DNA of 64,000 bases from Anaerolineales bacterium (GTDB lineage Bacteria; Chloroflexota; Anaerolineae; Anaerolineales; RBG-16-64-43), in the NCBI GenBank assembly GCA_049511715.1, contig JBEKXU010000010.1, positions 24,793-88,792 of the forward strand. The letters are read 5' to 3'. The notes below the pieces were generated by a model that had not been told where the DNA came from, did no database searches, and saw nothing but the letters and a program-made list of their open reading frames with translations. Numbering within the stretch: position 1 is the first letter of the stretch; every line of letters begins with the position of its first letter. The position numbers were made by a program, and so were the translations under genes. Shown here in pieces: positions 1 through 9,276 of the stretch.

Positions 1-879
1 TTCATCCGCCGCGTCGGCCCCGGGCAAATTCCCTTCGGCATGATCACCCTCACGAACAATGCCGGAGGCGGCCAGCCGGTGTCCCTGGAGAACCTGCGAC
101 AGGTCAGCGCAGTTTATCGTCGCCATCACATCCCGTTCTTCATCGATGCCTGCCGCTACGCAGAAAATGTCTACTTCATTCAACAACGCGAACCAGGCCA
201 ACAGGACCGATCTTTGGCGGAGATTGCCAGCGAGATCTTTTCGCTGGCCGATGGCGCCATCATGTCGGCCAAGAAGGACGGCTTGGTGAATATCGGCGGC
301 TTCCTGGCCATGAATGACGATGCGGTGTACGAGCGGGTTTGCAACGAACTGATCCTGCGGGAGGGGTTCACCACCTATGGAGGTCTCGCGGGGCGCGACC
401 TGGATGCGATGGCGGTGGGCCTGGAGGAGGCGCTCGATGAGGAGTATTTGGCCTATCGAGTTGGTCAGATCCGCTACTTGGGTGAGCGCATTGTCCAGGC
501 CGGGATACCCATCGTCCAACCGCCGGGCGGGCACGCCGTGTACCTCGACGCCGGCGCCTTCCTGCCTCAGATTCCTCCTGATGAATTCCCCGGGCAGGCA
601 CTTGCCGCGGAGCTGTACCTGGAAGGCGGGATCCGCGGTGTGGAGGTCGGGTCCACCATGTTCGGCCATCGGGATGAGCGAACCGGCGAGTTGCTCCACG
701 CCCCCCTCGAGCTCGTGCGGCTGGCGGTACCTCGCCGCGTGTACACCCAAGCCCACTTGGATTGGGTCGTGGAGACGATTTCCCGCATCGTCCCGCGCCG
801 GGCGAGCCTGCGCGGCCTGCGCATGACTTATGCTCCCTTGCTGCTGCGCCATTTCACCGCGCGCTTCGAGCCCTTCTGA
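1..879 (+). CDS. Tryptophanase / tyrosine phenol-lyase family beta-eliminating lyase (PLP-dependent), 5'-truncated at window edge
   Basis: The reading frame is open from nt 1 (FIRRVGPGQIPFGMITLTNNAGGGQPVS...). It has the PLP-lysine region SAKKDGLVNIGGF and the C-terminal ...PRRVYTQAHLD...LRHFTARFEPF typical of TnaA/TPL. I cannot separate tnaA from tpl. Confidence 0.85.
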   Translation, partial: FIRRVGPGQIPFGMITLTNNAGGGQPVSLENLRQVSAVYRRHHIPFFIDACRYAENVYFIQQREPGQQDRSLAEIASEIFSLADGAIMSAKKDGLVNIGGFLAMNDDAVYERVCNELILREGFTTYGGLAGRDLDAMAVGLEEALDEEYLAYRVGQIRYLGERIVQAGIPIVQPPGGHAVYLDAGAFLPQIPPDEFPGQALAAELYLEGGIRGVEVGSTMFGHRDERTGELLHAPLELVRLAVPRRVYTQAHLDWVVETISRIVPRRASLRGLRMTYAPLLLRHFTARFEPF

Positions 880-887
880 GGTCGAAA

Positions 888-1514
888 TCATCCCGTGCCG
901 AACTGGCGATCCCCGGCATCGCCCAGGCCTGGAACAATGTACCCCACATCATTCAAGTGATCGTCGACCGCCCCCAGGTAGAGGGGAACGTCCGGATGGC
1001 GCTTTTGCATGGCGGCAATCCCCTCGGGGGAAGCGATCAGGCCGACATACTTGATGCGTCGGACCCCCCATTTCTTAAGGATGTCCGCCGTGGCGGCGGC
1101 CGATCCTCCGGTGGCCAGCATGGGATCCAGAATCAGGCAAATCGATACGCGTGGCTCCAGAGGTAGTTTGTTGTAGTACTGCACGGGTTTGAGCGTCTTC
1201 TCGTCCCGGTACATGCCGATGTGCCAAACCTCGGCCCCCGGAAGCATCTGCCACACCCCCTCCACCATCCCCAGGCCGGCTCGAAGGATCGGGATTAGTC
1301 CGATCTTGTCAGTCACCTGCAGGCAACGGGCTGTGCCCATGGGTGTCTGCACCGAGACAGCCTGTGTCGCGAGGTCAGCTGTGGCCTCGTAAGCCAGCAG
1401 CATGGAGAGCTCGCGGATCAGCTCCCGGAACTCCTGAGGTTCGGTGGTTAGATCGCGCAGGCGAGCGAGCTTTGAAGCAACCAGCGGATGAGGGGAGGGG
1501 TATATCGGTGACAT
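888..1514 (-). CDS. upp: Uracil phosphoribosyltransferase
   Basis: The internal ATG at 1514 has a GAGGTG SD about 6 nt upstream. The product MSPIYPSPHPLVASKLARLRD...ILRAGLGM...LDPMLATGGS...GLGDAGDRQFGT matches Upp. The upstream 126 codons of the listed ORF are low-complexity and unlikely to be translated. Confidence 0.92.
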   Translation of the reverse strand: MSPIYPSPHPLVASKLARLRDLTTEPQEFRELIRELSMLLAYEATADLATQAVSVQTPMGTARCLQVTDKIGLIPILRAGLGMVEGVWQMLPGAEVWHIGMYRDEKTLKPVQYYNKLPLEPRVSICLILDPMLATGGSAAATADILKKWGVRRIKYVGLIASPEGIAAMQKRHPDVPLYLGAVDDHLNDVGYIVPGLGDAGDRQFGTG

Positions 1515-2020
1515 ATGGGCACCTCGCTTGGGTGAAAGGAATTTCAGACGATCCGCCTGGCCCGAAGACCTTGCTTGCCCGGGGGACCGGGGCGCTAGCC
1601 TGCTGTCCCCCCATCGCCTCAGCGCCATCCGGTTTTCCCTGGGACCTTCCTCCCTTGTCGCCAACTCACGGATGGGAGATGGCCTCCGCGCGCGTGAACT
1701 CCGAAGGGCTCCCCGGGAAAACCCTCTGGGAACGAACTCGGCGGTCTGTCGCGCGGAACAGGCAGACCCCCCGGGCGAAGGCGAGCCTCCCCCGGCCGCG
1801 GGGAATCCGATGGGGTCGACAGAACCTGTCAAGGGCGGGCGCTCGGGCGCGCGGGTCCGGGGCGGTGATAGCGGCGCGAGTGCAGCCCGCACTCAGCAAG
1901 GCATCCATCAGCGGCAGGGCGGCCATTCCAGTTTCCGTTTCGACGGCTTTGGGCACTCCGGAAAGGCTCGGGCTGATTGGCCAGGGATTATACAGGCGCC
2001 TGGGCCGGTTCTGCGCGAGT

Positions 2021-2026
2021 TATAAT
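2021..2026 (+). promoter_or_regulatory. -10 element (TATAAT) giving a leaderless or near-leaderless ruvB mRNA
   Basis: TATAATccgggtcaATG: 8 nt between the -10 element and the ATG, with no SD. Confidence 0.4.
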
Positions 2027-2034
2027 CCGGGTCA

Positions 2035-3057
2035 ATGGCCGACAAGCACCCGATTGTGTCTCCGCAACCCTTTGTTGAGGATGCGCTGGACCCAGCCCTG
2101 CGCCCGCGAACCTTGGCGCAGGTCGTGGGTCAGGAGCACTTGAAGGAGAACTTGGCCATATTGATTGGCGCCGCACGCGAGAGAGGCGAACCTCTCGACC
2201 ACGTGATGTTCTACGGTCCCCCAGGGCTGGGCAAGACCACGTTTGCCCACGTCTTGGCGAACGAGATGGGGGTCGCGATCAAAGCCACCTCGGGGCCCGC
2301 CATCGAGAGGGCGGGCGATTTGGCGGCGATCCTGACCAATCTCCAGCCGTCCGATGTCCTATTCATCGACGAGGTGCATCGCCTGGGAAAGGCGGTTGAG
2401 GAAGTCCTCTATCCCGCCATGGAGGACTTCGCTTTGGATATCGTCTTGGGGAAGGGGCCCAGTGCGCGGTCGATCCGCCTGCGCCTGCCCCGCTTCACGG
2501 TTGTCGGGGCGACAACGCGTCTTGCGTCGGTTAGCGCCCCTCTGCGCGCCCGCTTCGGCGCCGTCTACCGCGTCGATTACTATTCTGTGCCCGAAGTCGT
2601 GGACATCGTTCGGCGCGCGGCCAACTTGCTAAGCGTTGGGATTGATGAGGGAGGCCTGGTGGGAATTGCCAAACGAGCTCGCGGCACCCCCCGGGTCGGG
2701 TTAAGACTGCTCAGACGGGTGCGGGACTATGCCCAGGTGCGCGCCAATGGTGTGGTCACTGAAGAGGTCGCCTTTCAGGCCCTGGAGATGCTTAATGTCG
2801 ATCGGCTTGGTCTGGACGATATCGACCGCCGGGTGCTCCGCACCATCATTGAGAAGTACAGCGGAGGACCGGTGGGGTTGGCGACCATTGCCGCCTCGAT
2901 TGGCGAGGAACCCGACACCATCATGGATGTTTGTGAGCCGTACCTTCTGCAGTTGGGCTTCTTGGATCGCACGCCGCAGGGGCGGGTCGCCACCCGCCTG
3001 GCCTACGAACATCTCAATATTGCCTTTCAGCGGAGCGACCAGGCCGGCCTTCTCTGA
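2035..3057 (+). CDS. ruvB: Holliday junction branch migration helicase RuvB
   Basis: [19 protein letters not shown], Walker [10 protein letters not shown], Walker [10 protein letters not shown], sensor GATTR, and a C-terminal winged-helix region. Confidence 0.95.
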   Translation: MADKHPIVSPQPFVEDALDPALRPRTLAQVVGQEHLKENLAILIGAARERGEPLDHVMFYGPPGLGKTTFAHVLANEMGVAIKATSGPAIERAGDLAAILTNLQPSDVLFIDEVHRLGKAVEEVLYPAMEDFALDIVLGKGPSARSIRLRLPRFTVVGATTRLASVSAPLRARFGAVYRVDYYSVPEVVDIVRRAANLLSVGIDEGGLVGIAKRARGTPRVGLRLLRRVRDYAQVRANGVVTEEVAFQALEMLNVDRLGLDDIDRRVLRTIIEKYSGGPVGLATIAASIGEEPDTIMDVCEPYLLQLGFLDRTPQGRVATRLAYEHLNIAFQRSDQAGLL

Positions 3058-3115
3058 CCTGTCCCAGGTCCCCCCGGTCGGGTCGCGGAGTCTTTAGGAC
3101 TTTCAAAGCGGGAAG

Positions 3116-3358
3116 GTGAGTGCGATGTTGGATCTCGGCGGCCTGGGACGTGTCCTGGTGCTGATCGGACTGGGCATCGCTGGATTGGGCGGGGTGATCT
3201 GGTTGCTGGGCCGAGTGGGCCTCCCCCTGGGAGGTCTCCCAGGAGATCTCCGCATCGAGACGTCGGGCTTTACCTGCTTCCTTCCTCTGGCGAGCACGAT
3301 CCTTCTTAGCCTGATCTTAACTCTGCTCTTGAATCTTGCCCTGCGCATTCGCCGCTGA
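3116..3358 (+). CDS. DUF2905-family small membrane protein
   Basis: 80-aa two-TM protein with the LPGDLRIE motif typical of DUF2905. GTG at 3116; the in-frame ATG at 3125 is better spaced from the GGAAGG SD. Confidence 0.7.
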   Translation: MSAMLDLGGLGRVLVLIGLGIAGLGGVIWLLGRVGLPLGGLPGDLRIETSGFTCFLPLASTILLSLILTLLLNLALRIRR

Positions 3359-3413
3359 CGGGCCAGGAAAGGGTGTCTGCACCCAGCCGTGAGCGGCCAA
3401 GGCCACGGATGGT

Positions 3414-4478
3414 ATGCGTCTTTCTGAGTTCGACTATGATCTTCCCCGAGAACTGATCGCTCAATCCCCGGCCGAGCCACGGGACTCTTCCCGGCTCCTG
3501 GTTCTTCGTCGCGGCACGGGAGAGATTGAACACCGAGCCTTCCGCGATGTGAGGCAACTGCTCTGTGACGGGGATCTGCTGGTCTTCAACGACACCAAGG
3601 TGATCCCGGCCCGGATGCGGGCTCGCAAGCTCCCGCAGGGCGGGCAAGTCGAGCTCTTGCTTCTGGCCAAACGGGAAGAGGGGATCTGGGAGGCTCTGGT
3701 TCGGGGAAAGCACGTGGTACCGGGAGGGCGTCTGGCCCTGGTCCCCGCCAGCGAAAGTAACCGCCAACCGCCGCCACAGGAAGTCCAGGCCGAAATCCTT
3801 GAGGACCTCGGGGAGGGCCGGCGCCTGGTGCGTTTTTCCTCCTCAAATGGGGAGCTTCTCTCGGATTTTGGCCGGGTTCCTCTTCCGCCCTACATCCATC
3901 AGCCCCTGCGGGACCCGGACCGGTACCAGACCGTTTTTGCCAGGGCTCCCGGCTCCGCGGCCGCCCCGACGGCTGGCTTGCACTTCACCCTGCCGTTGCT
4001 TCGGGACCTGCAGGGTCAAGGCGTCCAATTTGCGTTTGTGACCCTCCATGTGGGTCTGGATACTTTCCGCCCGATCACCGAGGCGGAAATTGAACAGCAC
4101 AAGCTTCACAGCGAGTGGGTGAAAGTTTCCTCTGAAGTTGTGGAATCCGTCCGGAAGGCCCACCGCGCGGGACGGAAAGTGATTGCCGTTGGAACGACCA
4201 GCGTTCGCGCTCTGGAGACCGCGGCACGGACGGACGAGGGTCCCGGCGACCCCGGGAGCATCTCTGCCTGGGAGGGCCAAACAAGTTTGTACATCACGCC
4301 CGGGTTCTCATTTCGGGTGGTAGACGGGTTAATCACGAACTTCCATCTTCCGCGGTCCTCCCTTCTGGTCATGGTGTCTGCCTTCGCTGGGAAAGAGCCG
4401 ATCCGAGAGGCCTATCGCCAGGCTCGCGATATGCGCTACCGTTTCTACTCGTTTGGGGACGCCATGATGATTCTATGA
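3414..4478 (+). CDS. queA: S-adenosylmethionine:tRNA ribosyltransferase-isomerase
   Basis: MRLSEFDYDLPRELIAQSPAEPRDSSRLLVL..., FNDTKVIPARM, PLPPYI, GTTSVRALE: full-length QueA signature. Confidence 0.95.
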   Translation: MRLSEFDYDLPRELIAQSPAEPRDSSRLLVLRRGTGEIEHRAFRDVRQLLCDGDLLVFNDTKVIPARMRARKLPQGGQVELLLLAKREEGIWEALVRGKHVVPGGRLALVPASESNRQPPPQEVQAEILEDLGEGRRLVRFSSSNGELLSDFGRVPLPPYIHQPLRDPDRYQTVFARAPGSAAAPTAGLHFTLPLLRDLQGQGVQFAFVTLHVGLDTFRPITEAEIEQHKLHSEWVKVSSEVVESVRKAHRAGRKVIAVGTTSVRALETAARTDEGPGDPGSISAWEGQTSLYITPGFSFRVVDGLITNFHLPRSSLLVMVSAFAGKEPIREAYRQARDMRYRFYSFGDAMMIL

Positions 4479-4663
4479 CCCGCTTGATGAGGCGCGGCCG
4501 AAGCCGAGGGCCCTGGCGGGAGAGTCTGGACAACCAAGATCGCGCGCGCCCTGTCGGCGTGTCGTTTTTCCCGAAGGGGGAAGAATGAGGACTACGGTGC
4601 TTGGGATCGTGATGTACACTGGGTTTGAGGCGCCGGAGTCGTCCCGCGCAAGGGAAGGAGCCA

Positions 4664-5500
4664 ATGGCGATGCAGTTCACCCTCAAGGATTATGAAGAGG
4701 CTGCGGCGGTTGTCCGGCCCAGCCTGAGCGGCAGACCGCGGGTCGGTCTGATCCTCGGCTCCGGGCTCGGCTCGCTGGCGGAAAGCGTACGAGGGCCGCG
4801 GGTCATTCCGTACTCGAGAATCCCGAATTGGCCGGTCGCCACGGTGGAAGGACACAAGGGACAGCTGATCGCGGGGGAATTCAGCGGCCAGGAAGTCATT
4901 GTGATGCAAGGCCGGGCCCACTTTTACGAAGGCTACGAAATGCCGCAAGTTGCCTTTCCCGTCCGCGTATTGCAGGTCCTGGGGATAGAGATCCTGATCG
5001 TTACCAACGCGGCAGGGGCGATCAACCCGACCTTCCAGCCCGGGGAAGTGATGCTCATCACCGATCACCTGAATCTGATTGGAATGGGTGGGTTGACTCC
5101 CCTGCGAGGACCAAACGATGAACGCCTCGGTCCGCGCTTTGTAGATATGGGCCAGGCCTATGATCGGGGGCTGATGGATGAGGCCCGCCAGGAGGCGAAA
5201 AGCCTCGGGATCGGGCTGCGCGAGGGCGTTTACGCCTGCCTAGCAGGTCCGAGCTTCGAGACTCCCGCGGACCTGCGGTTCCTGAGGACAGCGGGCGCCG
5301 ATGCCGTGGGCATGTCGACGGTTCCGGAAGTCGTGGCCGCTCGGCACGGCGGTACGCGTGTTCTGGCCTTTTCGGGAATCAGCAACAAGGCCAACCTCGA
5401 TGGCTCGACGTCGACCAGTCATGAGGAGGTCCTTCAGGCAGGGAAGGTCATTAGTCCTATCCTTCAAAGCCTCCTCAGCGCGATTCTCGAAACCTTGTAA
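4664..5500 (+). CDS. punA: Purine nucleoside phosphorylase (trimeric PNP/PunA type)
   Basis: GLILGSGLG, GHKGQL, MQGRAHFYEG, AGPSFETPAD, GADAVGMSTVPEV motifs. The start was chosen at the ATG after the AAGGGAAGGAG SD; the listed ORF begins at 4625. Confidence 0.9.
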   Translation: MAMQFTLKDYEEAAAVVRPSLSGRPRVGLILGSGLGSLAESVRGPRVIPYSRIPNWPVATVEGHKGQLIAGEFSGQEVIVMQGRAHFYEGYEMPQVAFPVRVLQVLGIEILIVTNAAGAINPTFQPGEVMLITDHLNLIGMGGLTPLRGPNDERLGPRFVDMGQAYDRGLMDEARQEAKSLGIGLREGVYACLAGPSFETPADLRFLRTAGADAVGMSTVPEVVAARHGGTRVLAFSGISNKANLDGSTSTSHEEVLQAGKVISPILQSLLSAILETL

Positions 5501-5509
5501 GGCGGGACC

Positions 5510-6166
5510 TTGCTGGAGGTTCTCAGTCTCCTGCAGTCGTACGAAATTCTGGTCTTTGTCGTAGCAGGCGTCCTGGCGCTGGCGTATTTGCGCCAGATCT
5601 TTATCGTCCGCCGAGATCTCCGCAAGACGATTTTTGGCCTCGAGCGGGAGGCCCTGCGGCGACGACAGACCCGGTCGCTCACCATGCTGGTTTTCCTCGG
5701 GATGGCGGTCGTGCTGGTTTTCGTGGGCGTGAACTATGCGTTGCCGCAAGTGAGAAGGTCCCAGTTGCTGCAGGCCGTTGCTACCACCCAGGTCATGCCT
5801 ACGCCCAGTCCGACGCCGTTCATCCTCTACGGGGTGGACTTGAGCGGATGCACCAACGTCCATGCCACGATCAAGTCCCCGACCCCGGGCCAGACCGTAG
5901 AAGGGACTGTGCAAATCCAGGGGAGCGCGGATATCGCCAACTTTGCCTTCTGGAAGTACGAATTAGGCAATCCCCAGGTAGCCGATGTGTGGATGACCCT
6001 GAAGGCGAGCAATGTCCGGGTCACGAATGGCCTTCTGGGGAAGTGGGACAGCACGACGGTCCCGCCGGGCGTCTATCAGTTGCGCTTGACCGTGACGGAC
6101 AGCAAGGGAAACTCGCCCAAGCCCTGTGTCGTCCCCATTCAAGTGCTGGCTCCGCCATCGCCCTGA
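5510..6166 (+). CDS. Hypothetical membrane protein (2 predicted TM helices + C-terminal beta-rich, Ig-like domain)
   Basis: TTG start 10 nt after the PNP stop. Hydrophobic helices ILVFVVAGVLALAYL and LTMLVFLGMAVVLVFVGV are followed by a Pro/Thr linker and a beta-strand-like C-terminus. No family recognised. Confidence 0.55.
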   Translation: MLEVLSLLQSYEILVFVVAGVLALAYLRQIFIVRRDLRKTIFGLEREALRRRQTRSLTMLVFLGMAVVLVFVGVNYALPQVRRSQLLQAVATTQVMPTPSPTPFILYGVDLSGCTNVHATIKSPTPGQTVEGTVQIQGSADIANFAFWKYELGNPQVADVWMTLKASNVRVTNGLLGKWDSTTVPPGVYQLRLTVTDSKGNSPKPCVVPIQVLAPPSP

Positions 6167-6213
6167 GGCAGGGGCCTCATCCCTCAGGTCCTTTTGCCGC
6201 CCCCAGAAGCCTC

Positions 6214-6222
6214 TGGTACAAT
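6214..6222 (+). promoter_or_regulatory. Extended -10 promoter candidate (TGgTACAAT) for the 7TM-GAF-HTH gene
   Basis: TGGTACAAT ends 55 nt upstream of ATG 6278. Confidence 0.4.
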
Positions 6223-6277
6223 CAAAATTCTCTCGCTGTCGAGTGCAGGATGTTGCGGCGCGACGTCCAATCGGTGA

Positions 6278-8209
6278 ATGGTTGAGTATTTCCTGAGCGT
6301 TTTGATCATCCTCAATAAGGTGTTGGTTGCGGGAATCGCCATCACGGCGTTTTCCCTTTTGCTCTACGCGTTGACCTTCAACCTGCGCGATCGGGTCGCG
6401 CGCGCCTTTGCGGTCATCCTCGCCTGTGTCTCGGTTATCACGGTTGCCGATGTGCTGGCCTCCACTGCGGGCAACCTGGGCGAGGCCAACATGTGGCTGC
6501 ATTTTCAGTGGATTGGTACGGCGCTCCTCCCGGCGGCATACCTCCATTTTTCCGATGCTCTTCTGGCGGCGGCAGGCCGTCCCTCGAGGGGTCGCCGGCG
6601 CTCCGCCCTGCAGGCAGTGTATTTCTTCAGCGCGATCCTTATCTATGAGGCGACCCTCACTGATAACCTGGTGAGGCAGGTGGCGGTGAGCGCCGGGGCC
6701 CCCTACCTGCAGGCGGGTCCTTATTTCTGGACTGTCCTGGTCTACTTTACTCTGCTGCTGGCATGGACTGCGGTCAACCTCGTGCGGGCTTACCGACGGC
6801 TGCAGACTTCCACCAGCCGCAGGCGGATGACCTACCTGCTCGTGGCTTCAGCCGCGCCAGCCATGGCCGCCTTCCCGTTCTTGCTTTTCCTGGGAAGCGG
6901 CGCAAATCTTCATCCTCTGCTGTTCTGGGCCATCCTGTTGGTCACCCACGCACTGGTTGCCGGGTTGCTGGTCGTGATGGCCTACGCAACGGCGTACTTC
7001 GGGGTCACCTATTCCGATCGGGTCATCAAAGGCCGCCTTTTTCAATGGCTCCTGCGAGGTCCGGTGGTCGCCGTCGCGGTTCTTGCGGTCACTGTCCTTC
7101 TGGGAGACCTCGTGCGCTCGGTCGGAATTCCGAACAGCCGCGCCGTCCCGTTGGCCATGGTCGCGACTTTGCTCCTTCTGCAATTCGCCATCACCCTTTT
7201 CCGCGTGCCCCTCGAGCGCCTTCTGTTTTATGGTTCCCCCACGGATCGGGAGGACCTGCGGCGCCTTCAGATGCTGGAGGAGAGGCTTCTGACCCATTCC
7301 GACATGCAGCAGTTCTTTGAGGTCCTGCTGGCCGGAGTGTGCGACGTTCTCAGCGTCCCGGCAGCCTTTGTCGTTGAACTGGATCCGGAGGGAAAGGTGG
7401 CTTACCGGGTAGGCGTCGGCCCGGAGGATCTCCTGCCGATCCATGCGAGTTCGGCCTCGCTGCCTCGGCCCGAGCAGATTGTTTTCGCGCCGGAGGCGGA
7501 GGGACTCTTCCGCTGGGGAGACTATTGGATTCTTCCCCTGCTAGCACCGGGTGGCTCCGAGATGCTGGGCATGCTCGGCATGCGGCCGGGGGGGAATCGG
7601 GGGCCCCTGACCCGTGAGGAGTTGGAGCGACTCGGGCGCCTGGCTGAGCGAGCCGCTCAGGCGCTGGAGGATCGTCGCCTGCAGGCTACGGTTTTTTCCT
7701 CGGTGGATCGTCTCGTGCCCGAGGTGGACCGGATCCAACGGCTGAGTGCGGCCGCTCGGTACGGGCAGGCTATATTGCTGGCGGCTCCCAGCAACGGATT
7801 GGCTCCCGGGCCCGATCTTTTTCAATGGGTGCGCGATGCCCTGACCCATTACTGGGGTGGGCCGAAGCTCACTCAAAGCCCCCTGTTGCAACTCCGCGTG
7901 GTCCAGCAGCAGAGCCAATCCCGCGACGGAAACGAGGTCAACGCGTTGCGGGCCGTGCTCAAGGAGGCCATCGAGCGGGTGCGCCCAGAGGGGGAGCGGC
8001 GCTTCACCAGCGAATGGTTGCTCTACAACATCCTGGAAATGAAATTCCTCGAGGGCCGCCGTGTGCGGGACATCGCCACGCACTTGGCGGTCTCGGAGGC
8101 CGACCTTTACCGCAAGCAGCGGGTAGCCTTGGAGGAGGTGTCGAGAGTCATTGCGGACATGGAGCGGCAATCGACCGAACGGGCAACGGACTACGAGGTG
8201 GTCGGCTGA
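6278..8209 (+). CDS. Membrane-bound putative transcriptional regulator: N-terminal multi-TM sensor + GAF-like domain + C-terminal sigma70-region-4-like HTH
   Basis: About 300 aa of repeated hydrophobic helices; a central GAF-like block (FFEVLLAGVCDVLSVPAAFVVELDPEG...LGMLGMRP); C-terminal LYNILEMKFLEGRRVRDIATHLAVSEADLYRKQRVALEEV (HTH). Confidence 0.6.
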   Translation: MVEYFLSVLIILNKVLVAGIAITAFSLLLYALTFNLRDRVARAFAVILACVSVITVADVLASTAGNLGEANMWLHFQWIGTALLPAAYLHFSDALLAAAGRPSRGRRRSALQAVYFFSAILIYEATLTDNLVRQVAVSAGAPYLQAGPYFWTVLVYFTLLLAWTAVNLVRAYRRLQTSTSRRRMTYLLVASAAPAMAAFPFLLFLGSGANLHPLLFWAILLVTHALVAGLLVVMAYATAYFGVTYSDRVIKGRLFQWLLRGPVVAVAVLAVTVLLGDLVRSVGIPNSRAVPLAMVATLLLLQFAITLFRVPLERLLFYGSPTDREDLRRLQMLEERLLTHSDMQQFFEVLLAGVCDVLSVPAAFVVELDPEGKVAYRVGVGPEDLLPIHASSASLPRPEQIVFAPEAEGLFRWGDYWILPLLAPGGSEMLGMLGMRPGGNRGPLTREELERLGRLAERAAQALEDRRLQATVFSSVDRLVPEVDRIQRLSAAARYGQAILLAAPSNGLAPGPDLFQWVRDALTHYWGGPKLTQSPLLQLRVVQQQSQSRDGNEVNALRAVLKEAIERVRPEGERRFTSEWLLYNILEMKFLEGRRVRDIATHLAVSEADLYRKQRVALEEVSRVIADMERQSTERATDYEVVG

Positions 8210-8277
8210 GTGATACCCCCTGGAAGGGATCGGCCGAAGCGGTGTACTCTTGTATCGTGAGAAGCGAGGATGCAAGA

Positions 8278-9276
8278 ATGAACTCAGACAAGGGACCGGA
8301 GGAATCGGACCGTCTCATCTTATGGGAGACCGGAGATTCGCTGCTGATGGATGAGGCCTGGTGGGCTTCCGTCCTGCAGGAGGAGCAGCGGGGGAAGCCA
8401 ACCGGCCGGGCCAGAACAGGATCGCTCTCGGAAAAGAACGGCCTGGCGGCAGCGGATTGGCAGCGGGCTCGTGCTCTCTTTGAAAAGGATGAGGTGGTCT
8501 GCATGACCGTGGTGGGGTGCAACCGGGGCGGCCTGCTGGTCGAAGCCGAGGGAATGCGCGGGTTCGTGCCCGCCTCGCACCTGGTCAGTCTTCCCGTGCA
8601 AGGTTCGGAGGAGGAGAGGCAAGAGTTGATGCGCAAGCGCTTGGGTGACACGCTCTCCCTCAAGATCATCGAGTTCGACCCCGAGCGCGGACGGATCGTT
8701 TTCTCGGAGCGTGCGGCCAAGGCTGGGCCGGGGTGCCGGGCCCAATTGCTCGCCTCCCTGCAGCCCGGAGAACGGCGCTTCGGAGAGGTCACCAATATCA
8801 CCAACTTCGGGGTCTTCGTTGACCTCGGGGGGATGGAGGGTCTGGTGCACGTCTCCGAAATCTCCTGGGGCCGCGTCCTGCGCGCAGAAGACCATGTGCA
8901 TTGCGGCCAAAAGGTGGAGGTGGAGATCCTAAGTGTCGATCGCGAGCAGGGCCGAGTGGCTCTCAGCCTGAAACGAATGCAGCCCGATCCCTGGGCTACG
9001 GTGGGCGAGCGCTTTGAGGTCGGGCAACGAGTTCCCTGTCGCGTCACTCGCATCACAAGCTTCGGGGCGTTCGCCACGCTGGAAGAGGGGGTGGAAGGGC
9101 TGATCCATGTGTCCGAGCTGGGTCGAGGGTCGGTTGAGGATCCCCGCTCCGTCGTCCGCGAGGGAGATCGCTTGGTCGCGCGCATCCTTTCCTTGGATTG
9201 TGGATCCCGCAAGATGGCGCTCAGCCTGCGCGAGGCCGAGGATGGCTCCACGGACCAAATGACAGATCTGGAATGA
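8278..9276 (+). CDS. S1 RNA-binding domain protein (three S1 repeats; ribosomal protein S1-like)
   Basis: ATG at 8278 within the longer listed ORF. Three repeats of the S1 pattern (GGLLVEAEGMRGFVPASHL; FGVFVDLGGMEGLVHVSEIS; FGAFATLEEGVEGLIHVSEL). The stop overlaps the ftsK start (ATGA). Confidence 0.8.
   Translation: MNSDKGPEESDRLILWETGDSLLMDEAWWASVLQEEQRGKPTGRARTGSLSEKNGLAAADWQRARALFEKDEVVCMTVVGCNRGGLLVEAEGMRGFVPASHLVSLPVQGSEEERQELMRKRLGDTLSLKIIEFDPERGRIVFSERAAKAGPGCRAQLLASLQPGERRFGEVTNITNFGVFVDLGGMEGLVHVSEISWGRVLRAEDHVHCGQKVEVEILSVDREQGRVALSLKRMQPDPWATVGERFEVGQRVPCRVTRITSFGAFATLEEGVEGLIHVSELGRGSVEDPRSVVREGDRLVARILSLDCGSRKMALSLREAEDGSTDQMTDLE

Noticed and set aside
1637-1654. Minus-strand GGGAGGAAGGTCCCAGGG, resembling the RNase P RNA GAGGAAAGUCCGGGC (P4) block.
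   Set aside because: Only ~120 nt remain before the upp start codon. The other universal RNase P blocks (GGUAAGGGUGAAA…, ACAGAAnCCGGCUUA) are not found in the right order on either strand.
1718-1735. Minus-strand GUUCCCAGAGGGUU, similar to the PyrR-binding loop consensus (ARUCCAGAGAGGYU), upstream of upp.
   Set aside because: The match is imperfect, there is no adjacent terminator/antiterminator pair with a T-run, and no pyrR is seen here. I cannot support it without a covariance model.
1515-1892. 126-codon N-terminal extension of the upp ORF (the track lists 888-1892).
   Set aside because: The extension is low-complexity (PRTRAPERPP…). The Upp homology starts exactly at the internal ATG 1514, which has a good SD.
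1931-1947. GTTTCCGTTTCGACGGC, reminiscent of the tmRNA 5' region (…UUCGACGGG).
   Set aside because: There is no GGGG acceptor start, no tRNA-like T-arm or 3' end (GGUUCGAnUCC…CCA) downstream, and ruvB begins 90 nt later.
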